Below, in pieces: positions 40,896 to 50,358 of a stretch of DNA of 64,000 nucleotides. The position numbers and the translations under genes are program-made. Origin of the DNA: Bacteroidota bacterium. GTDB lineage: Bacteria; Bacteroidota; Bacteroidia; NS11-12g; UBA9320. The stretch lies in NCBI GenBank assembly GCA_016124755.1, contig WGNA01000004.1, forward strand, positions 36,826 to 100,825, read 5' to 3'. Position 1 is the first letter of the stretch. Each line of letters begins with the position of its first letter. The notes under the pieces are model-generated. The model was not told the origin of the DNA. It saw nothing but the letters and a program-made list of their open reading frames with translations, and made no database searches.

Positions 40896-41768
40896 ATGAC
40901 GGATCGCACAAAAAGAGGGAAATTAATACCGATTGGAGGGAACGAAGACAAAGGGGCAGGAACGGATGAGAACTATACATTGGATTTTGTACAGCAGGGA
41001 ATTCTCTCGCATGTGGTTCGAGAAAGCGGTGGAGTAGATGCAAAAATTCTTGTGGTTCCAACCGCTTCCAGTATACCGGAAGAAGTTGGAGAAAATTATC
41101 AGGAAGCATTTGCAATTCTGGGTTGCAGCGATGTTCGTGTAATTCATATTCGAAAAAAAGGAGAATCGGATCAACCGGAATTTCTTCACTTGTTGCAGGA
41201 AGCAGATTGTGTGATGTTCACCGGTGGGGATCAATCCCGAATTTCCCGGCGAATCGGAGGTTCCGAATTTTTCAGAATCATGTTAGACCGGCACCTGAAC
41301 GACGAGCTTAATATAGCCGGAACCAGTGCAGGAGCAATGGCGATGGCTCTTGAAATGATTGCCGGAGGAAGCAGTACCGAAGCGTTTTTTAAAGGTGCGG
41401 TACAAATGAAAAAAGGACTCGGTCTTCTTCCCAAACTCATTATTGATACGCACTTTATTCAACGCGGTAGATTCGGAAGATTAACTGAAGCAGTTGCCCG
41501 TCACCCGCATTGTTTGGGATTCGGATTGGCCGAAGATACCGGACTTATAATTAAGGAAGGCCGATACGCCAAAGTGATCGGTTCCGGGATGGTGATTGTG
41601 ATCGACCCATCCGGAATTACGCACAACAACGATAAAATTCTCAAAGACGGAACACCAATGACCCTGATAGGTCTGAACACGCATATTCTGTCGAACGGTG
41701 ATACGATCGACCTTGAAACAAGAGCAGCCAAAGCACTCCCGATGCACGATAAATTTGAATGGGCTTAG
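40896..41768 (+). CDS. cphB: cyanophycinase (peptidase S51)
   Basis: IPIGGNEDK N-terminal block and S51 fold in 290 aa. The gene is divergent from cphA. Confidence 0.85.
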   Translation: MTDRTKRGKLIPIGGNEDKGAGTDENYTLDFVQQGILSHVVRESGGVDAKILVVPTASSIPEEVGENYQEAFAILGCSDVRVIHIRKKGESDQPEFLHLLQEADCVMFTGGDQSRISRRIGGSEFFRIMLDRHLNDELNIAGTSAGAMAMALEMIAGGSSTEAFFKGAVQMKKGLGLLPKLIIDTHFIQRGRFGRLTEAVARHPHCLGFGLAEDTGLIIKEGRYAKVIGSGMVIVIDPSGITHNNDKILKDGTPMTLIGLNTHILSNGDTIDLETRAAKALPMHDKFEWA

Positions 41769-42704
41769 TTAAATCCAGTCTTCGTAGATCGCAACCTTCG
41801 ATTCTGATGAAGTTCGGTAAGCTCGATACATTCCTTCCGTATTAAAAGGAAGAGAAACATTTCCGTTCGCATCAACAGCGACCAGACCACCATCTCCTTC
41901 AATTTTAATCAGTCTCTTATTAATTACTAATTCGGAAGCTTCGGCTAAAGACAATCCTCCGAACTCCATTGCAGCTGAGACATCATACGCAACGACTCCC
42001 CGTATAAAATATTCACCGCTTCCGGTGCAGGAAACAGCGCAGGTATTGTTGTTGGCATACGTTCCGGCTCCAATAATTGGTGAGTCTCCGATGCGACCGA
42101 ATTTCTTGTTGGTCATGCCGCCGGTTGAAGTTGCGGCAGCCAGATTTCCGTTTAAATCGAGGGCTACGGCACCAACAGTTCCGAACTTTCCTTCGGGATT
42201 GATGCTGTGGTCTAATTGAACAACATCCGATTCACGGGCTTTCTGCCATTGGTTGTAGCGGAGTTCATTATAAAAGTAGGAGGGAGGAAGAAACTCGTAA
42301 CCCTGAGATCTCGCGAATTCCATTGCACCTTCCCCGGCGAGTATTACATGACCTGATTTCTCCATCACATCCCGGGCAAGTTGAACCGGATTCCGGATTC
42401 CGGTAACCATAGAAACGGCTCCGGCATTTCTGGATTTGCCTTCCATAATAGAAGCATCCATTTCATGCGTTCCGTTCGCTGTGAAAACACTGCCTTTTCC
42501 GGCGTTAAAGAGAGGAGAGTCTTCCAGAATTTTTACGCATTCAATTACAGCATCCAATGCAGAGCCACCGCTTTCAACGATGTAAAAGGCAGTGTCTCTT
42601 GCCTCAGATAAGGTAAGAATGTATTTCTCCTCTTCAGCTTTCGGGAGAAAGCCGCGTCGAAGAGTACCGGCGCCACCATGCAATGCAACAGCGACGGACT
42701 TCAT
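41769..42704 (-). CDS. iaaA: isoaspartyl dipeptidase / plant-type L-asparaginase (Ntn hydrolase)
   Basis: ALHGGAGT N-terminus and autoproteolytic nucleophile site GTVGAVALD, followed by a GAGT.. block. Confidence 0.85.
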   Translation of the reverse strand: MKSVAVALHGGAGTLRRGFLPKAEEEKYILTLSEARDTAFYIVESGGSALDAVIECVKILEDSPLFNAGKGSVFTANGTHEMDASIMEGKSRNAGAVSMVTGIRNPVQLARDVMEKSGHVILAGEGAMEFARSQGYEFLPPSYFYNELRYNQWQKARESDVVQLDHSINPEGKFGTVGAVALDLNGNLAAATSTGGMTNKKFGRIGDSPIIGAGTYANNNTCAVSCTGSGEYFIRGVVAYDVSAAMEFGGLSLAEASELVINKRLIKIEGDGGLVAVDANGNVSLPFNTEGMYRAYRTSSESKVAIYEDWI

Positions 42705-42714
42705 ATCTTCAGGA

Positions 42715-43059
42715 TTATTTCGCTGCTTTAACGACTTCAGCGAAAGTCGATGGGTTGTTCATGGCCAAATCGGCGAGAACCTTACGGTTCAATTCGATGT
42801 TGTTGGCTTTGATTCCACCCATGAGTTTGGAGTAACTCATCCCATTGATGCGTGCACCTGCGTTGATACGCTGAATCCACAGACCTCTGAAGCTTCTCTT
42901 TTTCGCTTTACGATCTCGGTAGGCATAGCCCCAACCTTTTTCGATGGCGTTTTTAGCAACGGTCCACACATTCTTTCTGCGGCCAAAATATCCTTTGGCG
43001 TGCTTCATCATGTTTTTTCTTCTGCGTCTTGCGGCAACTACGTTTACTGAACGTGGCAT
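42715..43059 (-). CDS. rplT: 50S ribosomal protein L20
   Basis: Full-length L20 sequence [16 protein letters not shown]... Confidence 0.95.
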   Translation of the reverse strand: MPRSVNVVAARRRRKNMMKHAKGYFGRRKNVWTVAKNAIEKGWGYAYRDRKAKKRSFRGLWIQRINAGARINGMSYSKLMGGIKANNIELNRKVLADLAMNNPSTFAEVVKAAK

Positions 43060-43125
43060 AATTTAAATATTTGTTGACCGAGGCGTCCGTTAAAGGTTCT
43101 TAAGCCAGGCCAAGGTTAATGTTAT

Positions 43126-43271
43126 TTACGATTTACGATTTACGATTTACGAAGTACGAAGTACGATTGACGATGTGCGATCGACGATTTGCGAAGTGAG
43201 AATGGTCTGATGTCCGGGTTTCACTTTTCGCTTTCCGATCTTCGCTTTTCAATTTTCGCTTTTCGTTTTTC
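43126..43271. repeat. low-complexity tandem repeat spacer between rpmI and rplT (ACGATTT/ACGAAGT heptamers, then TTTTCGCTTTTC units)
   Basis: tacgatttacgatttacgatttacgaagtacgaagtacgattgacgatgtgcgatcgacgatttgcgaagtga followed by cacttttcgctttccgatcttcgcttttcaattttcgcttttcgtttttc. Confidence 0.7.
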
Positions 43272-43275
43272 AAAT

Positions 43276-43476
43276 TTACTTTCCGATTCTCAGGAGAAAC
43301 TTCACGTTGTTTTCATCCGACTCGTGTACCAAACCACTATAGGTAAGATTACGTTTTTGCTTCGTAGTCTTTTTGGTGAGGATGTGTCGTTTGTACGCCT
43401 TGTTTCTCTTTATTTTTCCGGAACCAGTGAGGCTGAATCGCTTCTTGGCACTGGAATTTGTTTTCATCTTAGGCAT
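43276..43476 (-). CDS. rpmI: 50S ribosomal protein L35
   Basis: [14 protein letters not shown]... in 66 aa. Confidence 0.9.
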   Translation of the reverse strand: MPKMKTNSSAKKRFSLTGSGKIKRNKAYKRHILTKKTTKQKRNLTYSGLVHESDENNVKFLLRIGK

Positions 43477-43482
43477 GATGTT

Positions 43483-44022
43483 CTATTTTTTCGGTGACAA
43501 CATTATAATCATTTTCTTTCCTTCCATTTTCGGCATCTGCTCCAGTTTGGCAACTTCCTGAAGCTTCTCCGCAAATTGAAGCAGGAGTAATTCTCCTCTT
43601 TCTTTATGCACAATCGTACGGCCTCTGAAAAATACATAAGCCCTTACTTTGTTCCCTTCCAGCAGAAACTTTTCAGCGTGTTTCCGCTTGAATTCGATAT
43701 CGTGATCGTCTGTGTTGGGCCCGAATCGGATTTCCTTTACAACAGACTTCGACTGGTTTGATTTAAGCTCTTTCTGCTTTTTTCTCTGCTCGTACAAGAA
43801 CTTCTTGTAGTCCAGAATTTTACAAACCGGCGGTTTCGCGTTAGGACTAATTTCAACAAGATCCAACTCCTCCGCCTGCGCCATTTTCAGGCCTTCAGCG
43901 AGTGATACTATCTGTGGTTCACCGGTACCGACCAATCTGATCGGGTCAGCTTTAATATAGGTGTTGATTCTGTGTGGATCCTCCTGTCGTTTGGTAGGAC
44001 CTTTAGCCTTAACTCTTTTCAA
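43483..44022 (-). CDS. infC: translation initiation factor IF-3
   Basis: IF3 N- and C-domains (IRLVGTGEPQIVSLAEGL, VKEIRFGPNTDDHDIEFK). The true start is probably a non-AUG codon near HRINTYIKADPIRLV. Confidence 0.85.
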   Translation of the reverse strand: MKRVKAKGPTKRQEDPHRINTYIKADPIRLVGTGEPQIVSLAEGLKMAQAEELDLVEISPNAKPPVCKILDYKKFLYEQRKKQKELKSNQSKSVVKEIRFGPNTDDHDIEFKRKHAEKFLLEGNKVRAYVFFRGRTIVHKERGELLLLQFAEKLQEVAKLEQMPKMEGKKMIIMLSPKK

Positions 44023-44025
44023 AAA

Positions 44026-45960
44026 TTAATTTTCGTCTAAAACTTTGTTAAAAAATCCGGCAAACTCCTCCAACTTCATCGATCCCAAATCTCCTTTGCC
44101 ATGTTGGCGAACAGAAACTTCTTCATTTTCTGTTTCCTTCTCCCCGACAATCAGCATGATCGGAACTTTGTTCACTTCCGCATCACGGATTTTTTTACCA
44201 ATCTTTTCGTTCCTTTCGTCAACGAAGCCGCGAATATCGAGATTCTTTAGATATTTTAAAACTTTTTGTGCATAGTCGTTAAACTTGTCTGAAATCGGCA
44301 GAATAACAACCTGTTCCGGACTCAACCAAAGCGGGAAATTTCCGGCGCAATGCTCGATCAGAATTCCGATAAATCTTTCCAATGAACCAAAGGGTGCACG
44401 GTGGATCATCACTGGTCTGTGCTTCTGATTGTCGGCTCCCACGTATTCCAGTTCGAACCTTTCCGGCAAATTATAATCGACTTGAATGGTTCCCAATTGC
44501 CATTGTCTTCCAATAGCATCCTTCACCATAAAGTCGAGTTTGGGTCCGTAGAATGCCGCTTCTCCCAAAACCGTTACAGTTTCAAGATCCCTTTCGGCGG
44601 CAGCTTCAATAATGGATTGTTCTGCCATCGCCCAGTTCTCATCCGAACCGATGTATTTAGATTTATTCTCCGGATCGCGGAGAGAAATCTGTGCTGTGAA
44701 TTTATCGAAACCGAGTTTTCCAAAGACGAACATCACAAGGTCAATTACGTTCACGAACTCTTCTTTTATTTGTTCACGCGTGCAGAACAAGTGCGCATCG
44801 TCTTGTGTAAAACCGCGAACCCGGGCAAGTCCGTTTAACTCACCGGATTGTTCGTAGCGATATACCGTTCCGAATTCTGCAATGCGAAGCGGTAAGTCTT
44901 TGTAGGATCTTGGTTTGAATTTATAAATCTCGCAGTGATGCGGACAATTCATCGGTTTCAGCAGAAACTCCTCATTTTCGTTCGGAGTGTGAATCGGTTG
45001 AAATGAATCTTTACCGTATTTATCATAATGGCCGCTGGTAACATATAATTCCTTTTTACCAATATGCGGAGTTACCACCTGATCGTAGCCGCGCTCGATC
45101 TGTGCCTGACGCATAAACTTTTCGAGACGTTCGCGAATCGCAGTTCCTTTTGGCAACCAGATCGGCAGACCAGCACCGACTTTTTCGCTAAAGGTGAACA
45201 ATTCGAGTTCTTTACCGAGCTTTTTATGATCCCGCTTTTTCGCTTCTTCCAGCATGTGCAGGTACTCCGAAAGTTCTTTCTGCTTTGGAAAAGTGATAGC
45301 GTAAATTCGGGTAAGCTGTTTATTCTTTTCGTCGCCTCTCCAATATGCACCGGCGACCAGCATCAGTTTTACGGCTTTAATTTTTCCGGTACTCGGAATG
45401 TGCGGCCCGCGACAGAGATCCACAAAATTTCCCTGTTCGTAAAAAGTTATCTCGCCATCGTTCAACCCTGAAATGAGATCGAGTTTGTACGGATCTTCTT
45501 TTTCCTCAAAGTATTTTATGGCGTCTGCTTTCGAAACTTCGCTTCGCACATACGAGTTGTCTTCTTTGGCGAGTTCCATCATTTTGGCTTCTACTTTCGG
45601 AAATTCATCCGCCGAAAAATGATGTTCACCAAAGTCGATATCGTAATAAAAGCCATTTTCAATCGGGGGGCCGATTCCTAATTTTATTCCGGGATATAAA
45701 GCTTCTAATGCTTCTGCCATGAGGTGAGCACTCGAATGCCAAAAGGTTGATTTTCCCTCGGTGTCGTTCCACGTTAATAATTGCAGATTGGTTTGTTGTG
45801 GTAAGGTTCGCGTGGCATCCCAAACCACTCCGTTCACTTTAGCAGCGAGTACATTTCTCGCCAGACCTTCACTGATGTCCTGAGCAACATCCATTGATGA
45901 TGTTCCTTCAGGGTAATTCCGGACACTGCCATCCGGCAATTTAACTTCAATCGAACTCAA
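44026..45960 (-). CDS. thrS: threonine--tRNA ligase
   Basis: TGS and second-additional domains, class II motifs, and an anticodon-binding domain in 644 aa. Confidence 0.95.
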   Translation of the reverse strand: MSSIEVKLPDGSVRNYPEGTSSMDVAQDISEGLARNVLAAKVNGVVWDATRTLPQQTNLQLLTWNDTEGKSTFWHSSAHLMAEALEALYPGIKLGIGPPIENGFYYDIDFGEHHFSADEFPKVEAKMMELAKEDNSYVRSEVSKADAIKYFEEKEDPYKLDLISGLNDGEITFYEQGNFVDLCRGPHIPSTGKIKAVKLMLVAGAYWRGDEKNKQLTRIYAITFPKQKELSEYLHMLEEAKKRDHKKLGKELELFTFSEKVGAGLPIWLPKGTAIRERLEKFMRQAQIERGYDQVVTPHIGKKELYVTSGHYDKYGKDSFQPIHTPNENEEFLLKPMNCPHHCEIYKFKPRSYKDLPLRIAEFGTVYRYEQSGELNGLARVRGFTQDDAHLFCTREQIKEEFVNVIDLVMFVFGKLGFDKFTAQISLRDPENKSKYIGSDENWAMAEQSIIEAAAERDLETVTVLGEAAFYGPKLDFMVKDAIGRQWQLGTIQVDYNLPERFELEYVGADNQKHRPVMIHRAPFGSLERFIGILIEHCAGNFPLWLSPEQVVILPISDKFNDYAQKVLKYLKNLDIRGFVDERNEKIGKKIRDAEVNKVPIMLIVGEKETENEEVSVRQHGKGDLGSMKLEEFAGFFNKVLDEN

Positions 45961-46001
45961 TTTTCTGCAATTAAAATTTAAAACCTGAAGAGAGGAGAGA
46001 A

Positions 46002-47069
46002 TTAGTTTTTGCCAATACGTTTCAGCGCTTCTTTAGCGAGATTGAATTCGGGATCGATCTCAAGAGTGCTTTTATAATGCGTGGCAGCTTCGTCTAAATT
46101 TCCCTTGCCTTCATTACACAATCCCAACATATATTGGGCTTTTGCATAATCAGGGGCAAATTTAGCCGCGATGCGAAAATGTTCGATAGCTCGGTCTAAT
46201 TTATTTTGGCTAAAGAGAATGTAGCCGGTATTATAATAAGCAAGAAAGTGCCCGGGGTTAACATCAATTGCCCTCTGATAATTGGCAATTGCCGAATCGT
46301 ATTTCCCCAATCGCTGAAACAAATAACCTCTGCCATACCATCCTTCATCATTGTATTCGTCAACAACTGTAGCATTATGAAAATAGGCAAGTCCGATGGA
46401 ATCTTTCTTTTCGCTGTGTAACTGTCCGAGTTGAATCAGAGCATTATAATCATACGGATCGATCTGAATGGTTTTCCGGAATTCTGTGAGAGCCCCGGTT
46501 GTGTCGCCGGTTTCTTTGTACAGCATTCCCATGTAAAAGTGAGCTTCCTTGTTTGAAGGATTTATTTCAACCAAAGAACTCAATGTTTTTTTACTGTTGT
46601 CGAATTGCCGCACAAACAAATAAAACCGCCCGAGCCCCAGCAGTGCCTTTTCATTTTTCTTGTCAACCTCGACTGCTTTTTCATAAGAGTCCAATGCTTT
46701 TTTGGTTTCGTTTTCGGCCATCAGAATTTCCGCTTTGCCAATGTGATAATCGGCGTTCTTCGGTTTTAGTTTAATGGCCGCTTCCATATCTTTCAGTGCC
46801 AGTTTAAACTTTTTATTTTTCGCCAATTCAAGTCCCCTTTTATAAAGCAGTTCATCGTTGTCTGGGTTGGCATCGATCATTTTGCTGTATTCCCGAACCA
46901 CTAAACTCAATGTTGTGTCGTTTGCCATGGCACTGCCGCCCGAACCGAAAAATCCTCCGGAACAACCTCCGGTTCCTGTGATAATGATGTAAGTACAAGT
47001 GGCGATGATAATCGTTGTGAAAAATTTGCTCAATGGGATGTTAACTTTTAAATCGGTTTTTAAAATCAT
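46002..47069 (-). CDS. tetratricopeptide repeat protein
   Basis: N-terminal TM/Gly-rich segment followed by about 8 TPR units. Confidence 0.65.
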   Translation of the reverse strand: MILKTDLKVNIPLSKFFTTIIIATCTYIIITGTGGCSGGFFGSGGSAMANDTTLSLVVREYSKMIDANPDNDELLYKRGLELAKNKKFKLALKDMEAAIKLKPKNADYHIGKAEILMAENETKKALDSYEKAVEVDKKNEKALLGLGRFYLFVRQFDNSKKTLSSLVEINPSNKEAHFYMGMLYKETGDTTGALTEFRKTIQIDPYDYNALIQLGQLHSEKKDSIGLAYFHNATVVDEYNDEGWYGRGYLFQRLGKYDSAIANYQRAIDVNPGHFLAYYNTGYILFSQNKLDRAIEHFRIAAKFAPDYAKAQYMLGLCNEGKGNLDEAATHYKSTLEIDPEFNLAKEALKRIGKN

Positions 47070-47218
47070 CTATACTTCTGGTGATAATCAATGTGTATTA
47101 AACCATCCGAATCCTTTGCGGATTTGATCTGCATCAGGCCACAAAATCTGACCTTGCCCAACCTTGGTTTAATGGGCCGAATTTCGATAATTTTGACCAC
47201 TCCAAAACGAAAGAGCCC

Positions 47219-48376
47219 ATGCCATTTTACCATCGGGCGGGAAAGATTCCGCATAAAAGACATACACAATTCAGAAAACCCGACGGCAGTCTTTACGCCG
47301 AAGAACTAATAAGCACCGAAGGCTTTTCTAATATTCTCTCATTGGTTTATCACTGCCATCCGCCAACGTTGGTAAAAGATATCGGAGAACCGGTTGATGT
47401 TCGCCCGAAATACATCGTGGAACACAATCTTCGGCATCGCAGTTTTCTCACATTTAGTACACCGCCAAAAGACGATTACCTCGATTCACGTGTGATACTA
47501 ATGGGGAATAACGACCTGATGATTGCTGTAGCAGCACCTAAAAAAAGCATGACCGATTATTATTACAAAAACTCGGATGCCGATGAAGTGCTTTTTATTC
47601 ACGAGGGAAACGGAACACTGAAAACCATTTACGGGAATATTGATTTTCGTTACGGTGACTATCTCGTAATTCCCCGGGGAACGATTTATCAACTCACGTT
47701 TAAAGATGAAAACAACCGGATTTTTATTACTGAAAGTTTCTCGCCGATTGTTCCGCCGAAGCGATATTTAAATCATTACGGACAGTTTTTGGAGCACAGT
47801 CCGTATTGCGAGCGCGATATCCGTCTTCCGGAAAATCTTGAAACCCACGACGAATCCGGCGACTTCAAAGTAATTATTAAAAAGTCGGGACATTATTATC
47901 CGTACACTTTCGCAACACATCCGTTTGACGCTATTGGTTGGGACGGATTTGTTTACCCGTACGCCTTTAATATAGAAGACTTCGAACCGATTACCGGAAG
48001 AGTGCATCAGCCGCCACCGGTTCACCAGACTTTTGAAGGACACAATTTTGTGATCTGTTCATTTGTGCCGAGGTTGTACGATTACCATCCCAATTCAGTA
48101 CCTGCACCGTACAATCACAGCAATGTCGACAGCGATGAAATTCTGTATTATGTGGATGGTGATTTTATGAGCCGCAAACATGTCGAACGCGGTATGATTA
48201 GTTTACACCCGAAAGGAATTCCGCACGGGCCGCATCCGGGAACGGTGGAAAAGAGCATCGGACAAAAAGAAACCGGAGAGCTCGCTGTAATGATAGATCC
48301 GTTTTACCCGCTCAATCTTACCGAAGCCGCTATTAATTTAGAAGACAAATCGTACTGGAAAAGCTGGGTCGAATAA
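47219..48376 (+). CDS. hmgA: homogentisate 1,2-dioxygenase
   Basis: HGD-like blocks (APYNHSNVDSDEILYY, HPKGIPHGPHPG) and a bacterial HGD size of 385 aa. Confidence 0.85.
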   Translation: MPFYHRAGKIPHKRHTQFRKPDGSLYAEELISTEGFSNILSLVYHCHPPTLVKDIGEPVDVRPKYIVEHNLRHRSFLTFSTPPKDDYLDSRVILMGNNDLMIAVAAPKKSMTDYYYKNSDADEVLFIHEGNGTLKTIYGNIDFRYGDYLVIPRGTIYQLTFKDENNRIFITESFSPIVPPKRYLNHYGQFLEHSPYCERDIRLPENLETHDESGDFKVIIKKSGHYYPYTFATHPFDAIGWDGFVYPYAFNIEDFEPITGRVHQPPPVHQTFEGHNFVICSFVPRLYDYHPNSVPAPYNHSNVDSDEILYYVDGDFMSRKHVERGMISLHPKGIPHGPHPGTVEKSIGQKETGELAVMIDPFYPLNLTEAAINLEDKSYWKSWVE

Positions 48377-48406
48377 TTTGAACTCACCTTTGTTTTAATT
48401 TGCCCG

Positions 48407-48841
48407 ATGCGATGGGGTTTCATTTTGGGTTTGCCAACAGCATTGTTCAGTCTTTATCTGGCAGGTCGGTTTATGGTTCCGGTAACCCGTGATTTAATAA
48501 TGGAAGTACCGGAGGGCGATGAATTTTTTCTGTTGGTTTCATTTATTATTTCCGTTTTAACTTCCGTGGCATCCGGCTTTTTAATGCTAAAAGCAGAAAA
48601 GGTGAACAGCATAAAATTTCTCCGAATACTGATGATTCTCGTAATTCTCGTTGCCGGATTTTTACTAACCTTTTTATTCATCACCGGCATTTTTATTCTA
48701 TCAGTAGCAATCATTGCCGGAACCTATTATATGGTTACCTCTTTATTAAGAAAAGGGAACTACACATATACTTCAATCTGGGTTTGCAGCCTGATTAATA
48801 TCGCATTTATGCTTCAACTCATCTTGTTTGAGCACATTTAA
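48407..48841 (+). CDS. small integral membrane protein, hypothetical
   Basis: Four predicted TM helices and no motif. Confidence 0.4.
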   Translation: MRWGFILGLPTALFSLYLAGRFMVPVTRDLIMEVPEGDEFFLLVSFIISVLTSVASGFLMLKAEKVNSIKFLRILMILVILVAGFLLTFLFITGIFILSVAIIAGTYYMVTSLLRKGNYTYTSIWVCSLINIAFMLQLILFEHI

Positions 48842-49032
48842 TCCACATTTTGGGGAGTTTGTAAAATCCTTAAAAAGAATACTTTAGAGTCGAAAATAAG
48901 CATTATGCAGAGTCGCGATTTTCGATATTGAGTAAGATTCTGATTCAGTTTACAAAAGCATTATATGTTGTTAACATAGCCTTAACACAGCCGAAGTCCT
49001 TTTGCGGTGACTAAAGAACACACATAGAATTC

Positions 49033-50250
49033 ATGAAAATCAAGTATCTAAATCGAATAGCTATCGCGGCAATAGCTATCGGAACACTGAGCTTTCAAGC
49101 ATGTAAAGACAAAACCGACGATGGTGGAGAAGATGTAAAGCCGGTTGATGAAAAAACCGTAGTTGTTACTGAAAACATCACGACCAACACAACCTGGGAT
49201 GCAAATCACTACTGGCAATTGGGCGATAGAATCACTGTTACTGCAGGAGCTACTTTAACAATTGAAGCCGGAACTATTATTAAAGGTGAGGCTGGAGCCG
49301 GTGCAAATGCAACAGCTCTTCTTGTTGCCCGAGGTGGTAAACTTATCGCTGAAGGAAAAGCTGACAAGCCAATCATTTTTACAACTGTTGCTGACGAAAT
49401 CACAATGGATCAGGTAGCTGCCGGTAATTTCGCAAGCCCGAACCTCGACCCGAATATCAACGGTCTTTGGGGTGGAGTTATCCTTTTAGGAAAAGCTAAA
49501 ATTTCTGCTTCAAACTCTTCAGGAGATGTTAGCGAAGTTCAGATCGAAGGTATTCCTACATCAGATCCTAGCGGATTGTATGGTGGAAGCGATGACGCAG
49601 ATAACTCTGGTTCATTGAAGTACATTTCTATCCGTCACGGTGGTACAAACATCGGAGCCGGTAACGAAATCAACGGTCTTACACTGGGTGGTGTAGGTTC
49701 AGGAACTGTAATCGAAAACATTGAAATCGTTTCAAATCAGGACGACGCTATCGAATTCTTCGGTGGAATGGTTAATCCTAAAAACGTTGTTTCCTGGAAC
49801 GTAGGTGACGACGGAATCGATACTGACCAGTCTTGGGGCGGTACACTCGACAACGTTGTTGTAATCACTCCGGGTGACAGAAGTTTCGAGCTCGACGGTG
49901 CGGAAGGATCAATGGAACGAAGACATACAATCCAAAACGGTTCTATCATTTGCACACTTGATGGTCGTGCATCTACTGACCTCGCGAACGTTGACCCGAA
50001 CACAATCGTTACCCTTAAAAACCTTTACTACCAAAATGCTGGTGAAGGACAAATCTTCAATTCAGTTGTTGAAACAGGTGTAACATTCGAAAATATCTGT
50101 GTTGATGTTGCTGCTGCAGATCTCTCAATGCACTTCAAAAGCGGAGCTACAATTCCAGCCGGAATTACAGCTTGCTCTACTAAATACGCTGACATTTCCG
50201 GTTTCGGATGGACTTGGGCTAAAGCTGCCGGAGTTCTCAGCACACTTTAA
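49033..50250 (+). CDS. lipoprotein, probable beta-helix fold, hypothetical
   Basis: Lipobox LSFQAC and Gly/Thr/Asn-rich repeats resembling parallel beta-helix turns. Confidence 0.45.
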   Translation: MKIKYLNRIAIAAIAIGTLSFQACKDKTDDGGEDVKPVDEKTVVVTENITTNTTWDANHYWQLGDRITVTAGATLTIEAGTIIKGEAGAGANATALLVARGGKLIAEGKADKPIIFTTVADEITMDQVAAGNFASPNLDPNINGLWGGVILLGKAKISASNSSGDVSEVQIEGIPTSDPSGLYGGSDDADNSGSLKYISIRHGGTNIGAGNEINGLTLGGVGSGTVIENIEIVSNQDDAIEFFGGMVNPKNVVSWNVGDDGIDTDQSWGGTLDNVVVITPGDRSFELDGAEGSMERRHTIQNGSIICTLDGRASTDLANVDPNTIVTLKNLYYQNAGEGQIFNSVVETGVTFENICVDVAAADLSMHFKSGATIPAGITACSTKYADISGFGWTWAKAAGVLSTL

Positions 50251-50294
50251 TCCTTTGAAATATCAAGTATCAAAATCTTGAATAAAGAATAAGG

Positions 50295-50336
50295 GAAACC
50301 CGGTTGATTTTTTCATCCGGGTTTCACCTTTTTTTA
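50295..50336 (+). terminator. rho-independent terminator
   Basis: GAAACCCGG ttgattttttcat CCGGGTTTC followed by CCTTTTTTT. Confidence 0.6.
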
Positions 50337-50358
50337 ATTATCAATCTGTCTGTCTGTA

